A stretch of 64,000 nt of DNA, taken from NCBI GenBank assembly GCA_030141605.1, contig JAQGDQ010001033.1, forward strand, positions 4,729-68,728. Direction: 5' to 3'. The notes below the pieces were generated by a model. The model searched no databases. It was given only the letters and a program-made list of their open reading frames with translations, and had not been told where the DNA came from. Positions 25,642 through 39,440 of the stretch are shown here, piece by piece. A program made the translations under genes and the position numbers. The stretch comes from Tubiluchus corallicola (taxonomy: Eukaryota > Animalia > Priapulida). Positions within the stretch are counted from its first letter, which is position 1. Every line of letters begins with the position of its first letter.

Positions 25642-28600
25642 TATGCTGTTTCAAAAGTGTTAACGTGTAGCTGAAGCGTCACATGCTGTTTCAAAAGTGT
25701 TAACGTGTAGCTGAAGCGTCACATGCTGTTTCAAAAGTACTAACATGTAACTGAAGCGTCACATGCTGTTTCAAAAGTACTAACATGTAACTGAAGCGTC
25801 ACGTGCTGTTTCAAAAGTGTTAACATGTAACTGAAGCGCCACGTGCTGTTTCAAAAGTGTTAACGTGTAACTGAAGCGTCACGTGCTGTTTGAAAAGTGT
25901 TAACGTGTAACTGAAGCGTCACGTGCTGTTTGAAAAGTGTTAACATGTAACTGAAGCGCCACGTGCTGTTTCAAAAGTGTTAACGTGTAACTGAAGCGCC
26001 ACGTGCTGTTTCAAAAGTGTTAACGTGTAACTGAAGCGTCACGTGCTGTTTGAAAAGTGTTAACATGTAACTGAAGCGTCACATGCTGTTTCAAAAGTAC
26101 TAACATGTAACTGAAGCGTCACATGCTGTTTCAAAAGTACTAACATGTAACTGAAGCGTCACATGCTGTTTCAAAAGTGTTAACATGTAACTGAAGCGTC
26201 ACATGCTGTTTCAAAAGTGTTAACATGTAACTGAAGCGTCACATGCTGTTTCAAAAGTGTTAACATGTAACTGAAGCATCACATGCTGTTTCAAACGTGT
26301 TAACATGTAACTGACGCGTCACATGCTGTTTCAAAAGTACTAACATGTAACTGACGCGTCACATGCTGTTTCAAAAGTACTAACATGTAACTGAAGTGCC
26401 ACATGCTGTTTCAAAAGAACCAACATGTAACTGAAGCGCCACATGCTGTTTCAAAAGTACCAACATGTAACTGAAGCGTCACGTGCTGTTTGAAAAGTGT
26501 TAACATGTAACTGAAGCGTCACGTGCTGTTTCAAAAGTACTAACATGTAGCTGAAGCGTCACGTGCTGTTTCAAAAGTACCAACATGTAACTGAAGCGTC
26601 ACATGCTGTTTCAAAAGTACCAACATGTAACTGAAGCGTAACATGCTGTTTCAAAAGTACCAACATGTAACTGAAGCGTCACATGCTGTTTCAAAAGTAC
26701 CAACATGTAACTGAAGCGTCACATGCTGTTTCAAAAGTACTAACATGTAACTGAAGCGTCACATGCTGTTTCAAAAGTACTAACATGTAACTGAAGCGTC
26801 ACATGCTGTTTCAAAAGTGTTAACATGTAACTGAAGCGTCACATGCTGTTTCAAAAGTGTTAACATGTAACTGAAGCGTCACATGCTGTTTCAAAAGTGT
26901 TAACATGTAACTGAAGCATCACTGCTGTTTCAAACGTTAACATGTAACTGACGCGTCACATGCTGTTTCAAAAGTACTAACATGTAACTGACGCGTCACA
27001 TGCTGTTTCAAAAGTACTAACATGTAACTGAAGTGCCACATGCTGTTTCAAAAGAACCAACATGTAACTGAAGCGCCACATGCTGTTTCAAAAGTACCAA
27101 CATGTAACTGAAGCGTCACGTGCTGTTTGAAAAGTGTTAACATGTAACTGAAGCGTCACGTGCTGTTTCAAAAGTACTAACATGTAGCTGAAGCGTCACG
27201 TGCTGTTTCAAAAGTACCAACATGTAACTGAAGCGTCACATGCTGTTTCAAAAGTACCAACATGTAACTGAAGCGTAACATGCTGTTTCAAAAGTACCAA
27301 CATGTAACTGAAGCGTCACATGCTGTTTCAAAAGTACCAACATGTAACTGAAGCGTCACATGCTGTTTCAAAAGTACTAACATGTAACTGAAGCGTCACA
27401 TGCTGTTTCAAAAGTACTAACATGTAACTGAAGCGTCACATGCTGTTTCAAAAGTGTTAACATGTAACTGAAGCGTCACATGCTGTTTCAAAAGTACTAA
27501 CATGTAACTGAAGCGTCACATGCTGTTTCAAAAGTTAACATGTAACTGAAGGTCACATGCTGTTTCAAAAGTACTAACATGTAACTGAAGCGTCACATGC
27601 TGTTTCAAAAGTACTAACATGTAACTGAAGCGCCACATGCTGTTTCAAAAGTACTAACATGCAACTGAAGCGTCACATGCTGTTTCAAAAGTACTAACAT
27701 GTAACTGAAGCGTCACATGCTGTTTCAAAAGTACTAACATGTAACTGAAGCGTCACATGCTGTTTCAAAAGTACTAACATGTAACTGAAGCGCCACATGC
27801 TGTTTCAAAAGTATAACATGAATGAAGCGTCACATGCTGTTTCAAAAGTACTAACATGTAACTGAAGCGTCACATGCTGTTTCAAAAGTTAACATGTAAC
27901 TGAAGCGCCATGCTGTTTCAAAAGTACTAACATGTAACTGAAGTGTCACATGCTGTTTCAAAAGTACTAACATGTAACTGAAGGACATGCTGTTTCAGTA
28001 CTAACATGAAGTGTCACATGCTGTTTCAAAAGTACTAACATGTAACTGAAGTGTCACATGCTGTTTCAAAAGTGTTAACATGTAACTGAAGCGCCACTGT
28101 GTTTCAAGTACTAACATGTAACTGAGTATGCTGTTTCAAAAGTACCAACATGTAACTGAAGCGTCACATGCTGTTTCAAAAGTGTTAACATGTAACTGAA
28201 GCGTCACATGCTGTTTCAAAAGTACTAACATGTAACTGAAGCGTCACATGCTGTTTCAAAAGTACCAACATGTAACTGAAGCGTCACATGCTGTTTCAAA
28301 AGTACTAACATGTAACTACAGCGTCACATGCTGTTCAAAAGTACCAACATGTAACTGAAGCGTCACATGCTGTTTCAAAAGTACCAACATGTAACAGAAG
28401 CGTCACATGCTGTTTCAAAAGTACCAACATGTAACTGAAGCGTCACATGCTGTTTCAAAAGTACCAACATGTAACTGAAGCGTCACATGCTGTTTCAAAA
28501 GTACCAACATGTAACTGAAGCGTCACATGCTGTTTCAAAAGTACTAACATGTAACTGAAGCGTCACATGCTGTTTCAAAAGTACTAACATGTAACTGAAG

Positions 28601-29329
28601 CGTCACATGCTGTTTCAAAAGTACTAACATGTAACTGAAGCGTCACATGCTGTTTCAAAAGTACTAACATGTAACTGAAGCGCCACATGCTGTTTCAAAA
28701 GTACTAACATGTAACTGAAGCGTCACATGCTGTTTCAAAAGTACTAACATATAACTGAAGCGTCACATGCTGTTTCAAAAGTACTAACATGTAACTGAAG
28801 CGCCACATGCTGTTTCAAAAGTACTAACATGTAACTGAAGTGTCACATGCTGTTTCAAAAGTACCAACATGTAACTGAAGCGCCACATGCTGTTTCAAAA
28901 GTACTAACATGTAACTGAAGTGTCACATGCTGTTTCAAAAGTACTAACATGTAACTGAAGTGTCACATGCTGTTTCAAAAGTGTTAACATGTAACTGAAG
29001 TGTCACATGCTGTTTCAAAAGTACTAACATGTAACTGAAGTGTCACATGCTGTTTCAAAAGTACTAACATGTAACTGAAGTGTCACATGCTGTTTCAAAA
29101 GTACTAACATGTAACTGAAGTGTCACATGCTGTTTCAAAAGTACTAACATGTAACTGAAGCGCCACATGCTGTTTCAAAAGTACCAACATGTAACTGAAG
29201 TGTCACATGCTGTTTCAAAAGTACCAACATGTAACTGAAGCGTCACATGCTGTTTCAAAAGTACCAACATGTAACTGAAGCGTCACATGCTGTTTCAAAA
29301 GTACCAACATGTAACTGAAACGCTACATG
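25642..29329. repeat. 40-bp minisatellite, ~92 copies
   Basis: Unit acatgctgtttcaaaagtactaacatgtaactgaagcgtc. Confidence 0.97.
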
Positions 29330-30436
29330 ATTTTAGGCTCCAATAGAGTCTAATCGATGATCCCAGAGCTCATAAAAACGAGGAAATCAGCCATTTCAAG
29401 CAATTATGTAAGTAGCTAAACACTGGAAAATTATACTGACTTCCTGTAAACTAAACAATTACAGCCAAACCAAAAATCCACTCATAAAAACTTTTATTAT
29501 AAAATGTGAATAAGCGACTATACAGCCAATACAACTAAATATTTTGAACAAGCAAATGATTTAACATCAACACAAACTATTAAAAATAATGCCGTTTGTG
29601 AAAACCACAATATATTCCTAAAAGAATAACTATTTACAATGTAGTAATAGTAATTTAGTAAGCTACGCAAAAGTTTTCATAGTAAAATGCCACATTTCAA
29701 CATAGACATAGACATATCTATCTCCTCATTTACACCAGAATACAAGCAGACTACTATTGTTACAGTTATTAATTAAAAAGGATAAATTATGCATAAAGGA
29801 AAGACTTAGGGGGGGTGCAGGAGAAAGGGTAGCCAAAGGCCAATTGGTCATCAAGTCAGCTACCCTTCTCAGGTTAGTGTAGATTGTAAAAAATTTGTAG
29901 TGCTGCTAATTAAAAGGAGTAATATAATTATGAAGTAGGTTAAGAAAATCAACTGTTAACATAAATTTATGGGGGAAGAAATTAAATTTGAAAGCGAAAT
30001 AACTAAATAGGCTACGCAAGAAAAACACAGTTACCAGTTTTCTCTCAGACCCATAGCTTAGCTCTCAAAATACTGCCATGGGTGCTTGCTTGACTGCCAC
30101 ATCGCATATCCCAGGGACGTTAATCATTTTAGGCACTTGTAACACTAATGCAGTGGTGTGTAATCATGCTTGCAGCAAAACTGTCCGACTTCTATGCAAT
30201 TTAGCATGACAGAATTCAATTACACGCTGGAATGTAGCAGTTAAGCAAGCTCTCGTGTAAACTCTTGTACGTAATTAAAAAGTAATTGAGTACATATATC
30301 AGCTAATAGTTGTACAACTTCCAAGGTACAGCTGTGTGATTAACATTTCAGAAACTTTCACCCTAGCAGCCATCATCAGCCGAAAGGCATTACGTTTTTT
30401 ATGTTAAAGCTAACACATCTCTCTCATATATTAAAG

Positions 30437-30831
30437 TGTTGGTTGGCATCTTTCTGTCTCGGAAGACAATGGAGTGTGCGCCAAGAGAGTCAGTTATTGA
30501 TCACATTGACGGAGCTGCAGCGTCGACTGTGGCTCAGCAATCTGATCCTTGAACCACTGGAGTGGCCTCTCCAGGGCGCATGCCTGGGCAAGGTGTATGG
30601 AGATCCCGAGTTGCCCAGAAAACAGGAACCCCCTCTCTTCCTCCCTGGTGTAGTCCAAAGGAAAGCGATACATTTGGCACCAGATTGGCTGCAGGAGCTG
30701 CCAGAGTCAGTGAGGACGCTGCACTGGTCCGCCTTCGGGGCTCCACTCCTGATTTGGAAGGTTTACTCCTCTAGACATGACAGTTGGGTCACTTGACCTC
30801 CCCCGCCGAGTGTCGAGATACAGCGTGGGCA
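30437..30831 (-). mobile_element. RTE-derived short non-autonomous retroelement, copy 2
   Basis: Homologous to 22192-22590 with indels; same 3' end gatgcc + aaccaaca tail. Confidence 0.7.
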
Positions 30832-31347
30832 TCCCGTATTAGTATTAAAGTGTAATACTAATATATTTCTTCCATACACCAGAATCTAGCACTTTCCGGT
30901 TAAGCCTACTTAATATCCATGGTTGGTTGCAAGATTGCAGCAGGATCAGGACCTAGCTAACTACCATGGTTAATTTGTTAAGGCGAGGCACCTGGCGGGC
31001 AGAGACATCTTAGCCATGTTTGCCAACCAGCAAAAAAAAATCACACCAACGACTGACGTCAGATTACATAATTTTTTTTAGTTCACGTGTAATTACATCC
31101 ACGTGTCACTCTAGAGTAGAACAATGCACAGACAGTAGAACAATGCACAGACAGTAGAACAATGCACAGACAGAAGCAGCTCGAACACACCGAATCCAGG
31201 TAAAAAAGTCAGTGATTTTTTTACTTGTGACTTTATAACTGGTCACCAGTGCACCACGACCAATTCACCTCATGAATCTATTACTGAATATGAAGTAAAC
31301 CACAAGAAAAGCTAAACATAATAATAATCTTCTGTACACTGTTATTC

Positions 31348-31975
31348 TTAAAGGAAGACAAGATGATTTTTCAATATTACCCCATTTTCAAATCCGATAA
31401 AAAATATACATTTTAACATAATTAATACTGCAAATGTCTTTCCCATAATTAAACAATAAATTAAAACCTGAATTAATGACAAGGGAGCCCAACTAATGAT
31501 GGCATCACAAACTAACATAATTTTCAACAGCAAAAATATTGCACTAGCGTGTTGCACGTGTTTGCGAAAGTGAAAATTGAAGCACAGTGCTAATGTAAGA
31601 TATTCAGTGTGTTGTACTAAAACTAGGCAAGTTTTAAGATAAAAATTCAAATTTAAATTTACGGCTGTGCTCACACATGAGCTGTTGAACTTATGCAGTT
31701 CATCACAAACTAGCACATCTGTACTGAGAGGCACAGTACCTGTTTTTTTGGTACAATGCGTTTTCGAAATAAAGGTGCTAGTGCCCATCTAACTAGCGAA
31801 TGGCAAAATGCATGTAACAGCGAAGAACTAAAGGCGCAACCGTGAAATTGCGTTTGTGTGGTAATAATTCTTTCACGTAAGTCATTTTTGAAAAAAAATA
31901 GCGTGTTTCCTTTCAATATTTTAAAGAGTAGATTGTTTTGACCTACAGTTAAAGATTGAGTCCAGTTTTGCTTTA
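31348..31975 (+). mobile_element. TTAA-AG-terminated MITE family A copy 2
   Basis: Begins ttaaaggaagacaag, ends gttttgctttaa; collinear with 7541-8152. Confidence 0.8.
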
Positions 31976-33757
31976 ATCAAATTCACAAACCTTCAAAACA
32001 CATCCAACGCAATTCGTTTGTCATATCCATCAGTAAATCGTGAAAACTGCACATATCTAAGAAAGTTTGCCACCAAAAATCCTCGATTATACAGTTTACG
32101 AACTCGGTATCTCCTCGAGTAATAGTAAAAGTTACGTGATATAAAAACACCCCCCAATTTTACTATTTATTCGTCTGCACCTCACATAGCAAGGCTTTTT
32201 GATTTTAGATCATAAATCAGATAAATTTACAATACTAGTACAAAGGTAAGCAATATTGTACCACCAATGCTCACTTAAATTTAGAAGGTCTAGTCCCTTG
32301 ACAGTTTATGACGACATTTTCCCCAGGTTTTTTTAGTATGTATTAGTAAATATTACACTTGCAACTATGCATGAGATAATGTAGTAATAAAATGTACAAT
32401 TTTTACATACTCGTCACCCAAACGAGGTCAATAGACACTCAGGGCGAACGACTACTGTAGAAAGGTAACAATGTGAATGTATATCAACAGCGGAAAATTA
32501 ATTTTTTCTTCCTTTGGCTCTAGCTCCTCATAACATTAATTTTAAATACGTAATGGTTAAATTATTATTTAAAGATAGTCACGTGTATCTCTTCTTTCCC
32601 ATTATTGAACATTATTTTATTATAAACTAACACATTCATATAACAATTCAATTTTCATTCGTCTTAAATTCAAAAGCTGATAATTCTTAATTACCTGATA
32701 CACACGCATTAATTAATTAATTATATTAGTAACAATTCTGAGAGGGTGGCTGATCTCGATAACTTATAGTTCTTTCGCCACCCTTTCACCACTAATCAAT
32801 AATTACTTTTGCACTTTGTAATATTATTGCATGTTGTACAGATTTATAAATCTCTTAGTTATGTATTTTGCTATTTTAAAAATTGTGATAAACTAATAAA
32901 CTTACTTACTTGTCAAAAAAAGAAAGTTGCACAACAAATTTGTTAGTGGTAGGAAGTAACGGATTGGATAAGGTTATATTTTCCGGGGGAAGCAATTTTC
33001 GGGTAGGCAATTCTACAGATAAGAAGTACGGGGAAAAACAATTCCACAGATAAGAAGTGCCGTGGAAAAATTGAATTTATAAGCAGAGCTCTCTTATTCT
33101 TGCTATACAGCAGCATATAAGATGAACACCAATAAATAAAGCCTTTACCTTCATCGGCAATATCAAATGTCGGATTATCCATAACTTATTATCAGTCAAA
33201 CAAGATCGTAATTAACCCAGTTTCAGCAAGACTTTATGAATACACATCACGTCTCCAATATCTCTACTATCGCAGGTCTTTTTTATAATAACAATAATTT
33301 ATCCAGTATGCTTGCACAGCATGCATGTAGTGTAGTTATGACCACTAATGGACGCACATAGCAAACGCTAGTCAATGTTATACAGTCTCCTCGCTATTAT
33401 GCGACTGCAAGTACAGGTAAGCAAATTAATTAATCACGCCTACAGGTGTAAAAGTAGCGAGAAAGTGGACAAAACGCGTGAAATTAACCACCCAGTAGTG
33501 TTCGCCACACGGTGATTTGACGGAACATGCACTAATTACACTAATTCCAAACAATGCAAAGTTCTTATACAGCTGAAGAAAAATCACGTAACCGTCCACA
33601 CAACGTACGGCAATAGAGTGACATAAAATAGCAGAGAGAATTCTCTTCAATTATTTCAGTTTTGACGCGTCCTGTGAAAACTCTTAACCTAGAACGGTCG
33701 GATTTTCAAAGGCGCCAAAACTTCTGTAAGCGGATTATGGAGAATCTTTTCGTTTAT

Positions 33758-34052
33758 AAACGCTATTCATTCAGGTGCCCACGAAAGAATGAAAAAAAAA
33801 ACTTATGAGCACTGTCCAATATTCATGAAGCACAAGTGTACGATGTCAAAAGTCCTACTGTACTTGCGAATATTTTATAACATTTTGCACCAGTTATGAT
33901 AAAACGCTTTTCATTCAGGTGCCCACGAAAGACTGAAAAAAAACTTATGAACACTGTTCAATATTCATGAAGCACAAGTGTACGAAGTCAAAACTCCTAC
34001 TGTACTTGCACAGGAGCGAATATTTTCTAACATTTTGCACCACTTATGATAA
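33758..34052. repeat. ~145-bp diverged tandem duplication
   Basis: aaacgct..tcattcaggtgcccacgaaaga...tatgataa occurs twice. Confidence 0.85.
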
Positions 34053-34759
34053 CATAGGCATCAAACATGCTCCAAAGTACGATTTCATAACGCCAATCAG
34101 TCAAATAATAAACGAAAACATTGTTCACTGTCCACTGTCCAAGGGGCAAAGACAATCACTATACCTTACTGTGCACTACACGACAGCGTAAAGAAATGTA
34201 GAAAATATTTCTCAATTCAGGTATCGACGGGCAAACATATATTTACATGATTACATCATAATTTTACGCGCGCACGGTGTTCATTGGTGTATAAAGACGA
34301 ATTTTATTTAAACTGTGCAAATAAGAAACGATAAGAGACGTCTATATCACATATACTGATCAACTTATCGCACTATCAACAATGCTAAACGCTCGAGACG
34401 CGAAAAACATAAAAAAAAAACCACGAAGGCAAGTGAACGTCAGACCAACATGGTGGTAAAAACTGGGCAAGAATTTACCAAGGTAGGCGGTCTAAAGAAA
34501 AGAGTCATAAAAATATGGGTGCCATCACGGTCAACTAAGCAGAGGCGTTCTCATTGGACGTGTTTGTCCATTAGCCACAGCCTTTTGTCAGCTTTCAAGT
34601 TTACATACAATGTCAAAGCAAGACCACAAAGCGATTCTCAACAAAGCTAATTACCCAAACGTTATACAGTGCAATGTATTCGAATCAAGGCGTTTTGCCA
34701 GACACAATAATAATAAACAGACCCGAACGAAGTACGAAAATATTATTCCTAGTGAAAAA

Positions 34760-35552
34760 TTAAAGAAAAAAACAAGTCACTCAGTATGTTGGGTTTATTT
34801 TACTGTTATCACTTAAACTGTTTGTGGTGTGCTAAAGGAAAAAACAAGTAACTCAGTATGTTGGGTTTATTTTACTGTTATCACTTAAACTGTTTGTGGT
34901 GTGCTAAAGGAAAGAACAAGTAACTCAGTATGTTGGGTTTATTTTACTGTTATCACTTAAACTGTTTGTGGTGTGCTAAAGGAAACAACAAGTCACTCAG
35001 TATGTTGGGTTTATTTTACTGTTATCACTTAAACTGTTTGTGGTGTGCTAAAGGAAAGAACAAGTCACTCAGTATGTTGGGTTTATTTTACTGTTATCAC
35101 TTAAACTTAAAGCTAAAATATACTACTGCTGATTAGAAATTTTCAGGCGCGGCGGTTGCCGCCTTTCACTTGAAATTATGACGCAACTTTGAAAGTTCGT
35201 GACCATTCGTAAGCACGTCGTGGCTTTCCGTAAATGTGCGCACCGCTTAAATTAATTCAAACTTCTGCAGCTTATCTAATGTTCACCCAAAAATATTACA
35301 AAATAAGGTGCCTAAAGTTTGTAAGAACTTATTATACACTTTTGATGAAGATTGACAGTGCATTGCTTTACTTCAGGACGAATGACGTCATTGGAACAAT
35401 GGGAGCACCCTAGCATGAACTGATCGCGACTTTAAAGTGATTTTACTAGTTACACGAGGCGCTTATTGCTCTTTCATTAATAAATTCTTCTAACATTTTT
35501 TGCGAACATTGAAATAAGCCTAACGTTCCAGAAAACTTGACCTTTCCTTTAG
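34760..35552 (+). mobile_element. TTAA-AG-terminated MITE family B copy 2, with 72-bp left-end repeat (~4.7 copies)
   Basis: Same repeat unit as 16310-17440, homologous body, right end cttgacctttcctttag. Confidence 0.8.
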
Positions 35553-37276
35553 TTCTTAGAGTCAGTTGGAGGATCTTGACTTCTTAAAGTCAGTTGGAGG
35601 ATATTGAGTTCTTAAAGTCAGTTGGAGGATCTTGAGTTTTAGAGTCAGTTGGAGAATCTTGACTTGTTAGAGTCAGTTGGAGGATCTTGAGTTTTAGAGT
35701 CAGTTGGAGGATCTTGACTTCTTAAAGTCAGTTGGAAGATCTTGAGTTCTTAGAGTCAGTTGGAGGATATTGAGGTCTTAGAGTCAGTTGGAGGATCTTC
35801 AGTTCTTACAGTCAGTTGGAGGATCTTGACTTCTTAGAGTCAGTTGGAAGATCTTGAGTTCTTAGAGTCAGTTGGAGGATCTTGACTTCTTAGAGTCAGT
35901 TGGAAGATCTTGAGTTCTTAGAGTCAGTTGGAGGATCTTGAGTTCTTAGAGTCAGTTGGAGGATCTTGAGTTCTTAGAGTCAGTTGGAGGATCTTGACTT
36001 CTTAGAGTCAGTTGGTAGATCTTGAGTTCTTAGAGTCAGTTGGAAGATCTTGAGTTCTTAGAGTCAGTTGGAGGATCTTGCGTTCTTAGAGTCACTTGGA
36101 AGATCTTGAGTTCTTAGAGTCACTTGGAGGATCTTGCGTTCTTAGAGTCAGTTGGAAGATCTTGAGTTCTTAGAGTCAGTTGGAGGATCTTGAGTTCTTA
36201 GAGTCAGTTGAAGGACCTTGACTTCTTAGAGTCAGTTGGAAGATCTTGAGTTCTTAGAGTCAGTTGGAAGATCTTGAGTTCTTAGAGTCAGTTGGAGGAT
36301 CTTGAGTTCTTAGAGTCAGTTGGAAGATCCTGAGGTCTTAGAGTCAGTTGGAGGATCTTTAGTTCTTACAGTCAGTTGGAGGATCTTGACTTCTTAGTGT
36401 CAGTTGGAGAATCTTGAGTTCTTAGAGTCAGTTGGAGAATCTTGAGTTCTTAGAGTCAGTTGGAGGATCTTGAGTTCTTAGAGTCAGTTGGAAGATCTTG
36501 AGTTCTTAGAGTCAGTTGGAAGATCTTCAGTTCTTAGAGTGAGTTGGAGAATCTTGAGTTCTTAGAGTCAGTTGGAGGATCTTGACTTCTTAGAGTCAGT
36601 TGGAGGATCTTGAGTTCTTAGAGTCAGTTGGAAGATCTTGAGTTCTTAGAGTGATTGGGAGGATCTTGAGTTCTGGAGGATCTTGAGTTCTTACAATCAG
36701 TTGGAGGGTCTTGAGTTCTTAGAGTCAGTTGGAGGATCTTGAGTTCTTAGAGTCAGATGGAGAATCTTGAGTTCTTAGAGTCAGTTGGAAGATCTTGACT
36801 TCTTAGAGTCAGTTGGAGGATCTTGAGTTCTTAGAGTCAGTTGGAAGATGTTGAGTTCTTAGAGTCAGTTGGAAGATCTTGAGTTCTTAGAGTGAGTTGG
36901 AGAATCTTGAGTTCTTAGAGTCAGTTGGAGGATCTTGACTTCTTAGAGTCAGTTGGAGGATCTTGAGTTCTTAGAGTCAGTTGGAAGATCTTGAGTTCTT
37001 AGAGTCAGTTGGAAGATATTGAGTTCTTAGAGTGATTGGGAGGATCTTGAGTTCTGGAGGATCTTGAGTTCTTACAATCAGTTGGAGGGTCTTGAGTTCT
37101 TAGAGTCAGATGGAGAATCTTGAGTTCTTAGAGTCAGTTGGAAGATCTTGAGGCCTTAGAGTCAGTTGGAAGATCTTGAGTTCTTACAATCAGTTGGAGG
37201 ATCTTGACTTCTTAAAGTCAGTTGGAGGGTCTTGAGTTCTTACAGTCAGTTAGAGGATCTTGAGTTCTTAGAGTCA
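35551..37276. repeat. 28-bp minisatellite, ~62 copies
   Basis: Unit agttcttagagtcagttggaggatcttg, starting immediately at the MITE right end. Confidence 0.96.
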
Positions 37277-38185
37277 CTAAGCCAATCATATCACTAAACA
37301 TTAAAGCTGTGCGAGACACGGGGCTGCGACATCAAATTTTCAGGGCATGGCAGTTTCACTATTGTGTGAGCAACATATGTATAATACTGTTCTGCATTAT
37401 TACTGATTGTTTTTGAACCCCCTCCTAGCAAAAAGTTACATACAACTGAATAGTCTCTAGCATTTTTTGTGCATCATTTTGCAATTATTTTGTTATTGAT
37501 AACTGAAGTAGTTAACAATGCAAACAAGAAACATTCACAAAAACACACACTCCACATTCAGAGCCTATTGCAAATGATCTGCAGCTCAACATTCATAGCA
37601 CTAAGCAACTGAAAATGAACTGCTTTAAAACTACTAATTTCTGGCCCAATGGCAGTAATGATGACAATGACCACATGACGAATGGCCAAGCCTTGTGTGA
37701 GTCGGTCATTCACTTTTGTACAAAATTCGGTACCACAAAAGAAGCTACATTTAATCCGAGCACTGGGTCTTCTAATATAGCACATAATTCTTTGCATTCA
37801 GATTTCATGATAAGATATGCATCTTCCCCCTCTTTAACAATTGCAGCACAAGAGAGGGCGGTAAAAGTGAAATAATATACAGAGACAGAAACTGGTTACC
37901 TCTCTAAATGATAATCCCACAGACCAGGTAATTAAAAAATGTTCCAAACTTCTCGGGGCAATTTCAGCAGTTAATACTTTGGGTTTAATCCCAGCTAATT
38001 GAGGACAGAAAATCTCTGCATGCCAATTACTTTCAAATTATGATAAGTTAAGCTGTCCCACCGACAACATTCTTATAGCCATTAACAATTTTATATTTGC
38101 CACACTGTAACTTAAAATGTACTTCTGCAAATGTGAATGTAATGATAGTAGAATAATTTAAAGCCATGTTGAAACATCTTGTCCA

Positions 38186-38408
38186 CTAATTTTGCATAAG
38201 ATGTTGAATGTTACAGGTATGCAAATGTGAATGTAATGATAGTAGAATAATTTAAAGCCATGTTGAAACATCTTGTCCATTAATTTTGCATAAGATGTTG
38301 AATGTTACAGGTATGCAAATGTGAATGTAATGATAGTAGAATAATTTAAAGCCATGTTGAAACATCTTGTCCATTAATTTTGCATAGTAGGTTCAATGCT
38401 GCAGGTAT
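38186..38408. repeat. ~94-bp tandem repeat, ~3 copies (first copy begins ~38126)
   Basis: tgcaaatgtgaatgtaatgatagtagaataatttaaagccatg recurs at ~38126, 38220 and 38314. Confidence 0.85.
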
Positions 38409-39440
38409 TTAACTTCTTTCTTTGTAATTAATCACCATAAAGTGGTTTTTGAATGCCTGCCAAACTAGATTTTCTAGGCTTGGAGTATAAAAACCCATTT
38501 AGAGAGTTCTCTACAAAACAATTATCACGTAAGACATGTGCTTGTTTAACCACTATGTGTGCACAATATTTATATTTATAGGTATGTAAAACTATAGTGT
38601 AAAATGCTAGCTTAATAGATAAAAAAATGTGGTTTATTTACAATTTGCTAACTTGTAATTGCTGTTCATCATTTTCTAAGTGCAATAGTAATCACTTGTC
38701 GTGTTTTGTGATTCTTATGCCGTTTTATTTTACGAGGAACAAAATTTAGATCTTACAACAACACTAAACTAAATTCTCAGTTTCTTTCCAGCTTCGCTAG
38801 CCAAACTTGAACACTCTACCCCATTAGAAAAAACAGTAAAAAAATTAATTAAATTTCAGTCCAATTTAGACACAAAAACTACAAAACCAACATAGAATTC
38901 TCGACACAAGCAATCAATCAGCCCGACAAAAAGTCCTGCGATCATAAAATGGGATGTAGTGAAAATTCAGAGCAGCACATGGACAGCTACGAGCCTCTTT
39001 CCTATGAAAATTTGGGACATAACAAATTTTGCATCCTGGAATTTTTTTAAAAGCAGACCAACATTTATACTAAAAGATCAAGGCACCTTCAATCGTCCTT
39101 CATGAATTTAAATAACAATTAGAAATTGTTGTGCAAACATTTAACTTAAAAAGCTTGATGATGTTGGAGTTTCGTGTTTATAATCATTAGCAGAAGGTAG
39201 TGAAAATACAGAAGTCTATCAGTACAGTAGTTCTTTTCAGATTTTCATGTAATTTATCCAAAAAAATCGCCAAACGATTCAGTTCAGCTGTAGCAATTTT
39301 CAAACATTTTGCCTTGTTTAGAAAAAATATAAAGTGCATCCTGACTTTCGTGCACTTTTTTATTGAAATAACGTTTTAACTGCGCTCTAGCAATCTATAA
39401 TAGGAAATGAGGAATGATCTGAAATTTGTCAAAAACATCC

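Noticed and set aside
27520-28340. Cluster of 1-5-nt deletions in the 40-bp array, and G-runs at 40170-40195 in the 42-bp array
   Set aside because: The pattern looks like unpolished long-read or base-calling error rather than biology.
30350-30390. Minus-strand ctgatgatggctgctagggtgaaag hammerhead-like motif
   Set aside because: Stem II pairs poorly and no stems I/III were identified.
34200-34580. CpG-richer stretch with CCAAT-like boxes as the ATPase promoter/first exon
   Set aside because: No convincing exon or TSS can be fixed from sequence alone.
37558-37875. Short ORFs here and at 43139-43602 as genes or transposase remnants
   Set aside because: No recognisable motif and no consistent splice structure.
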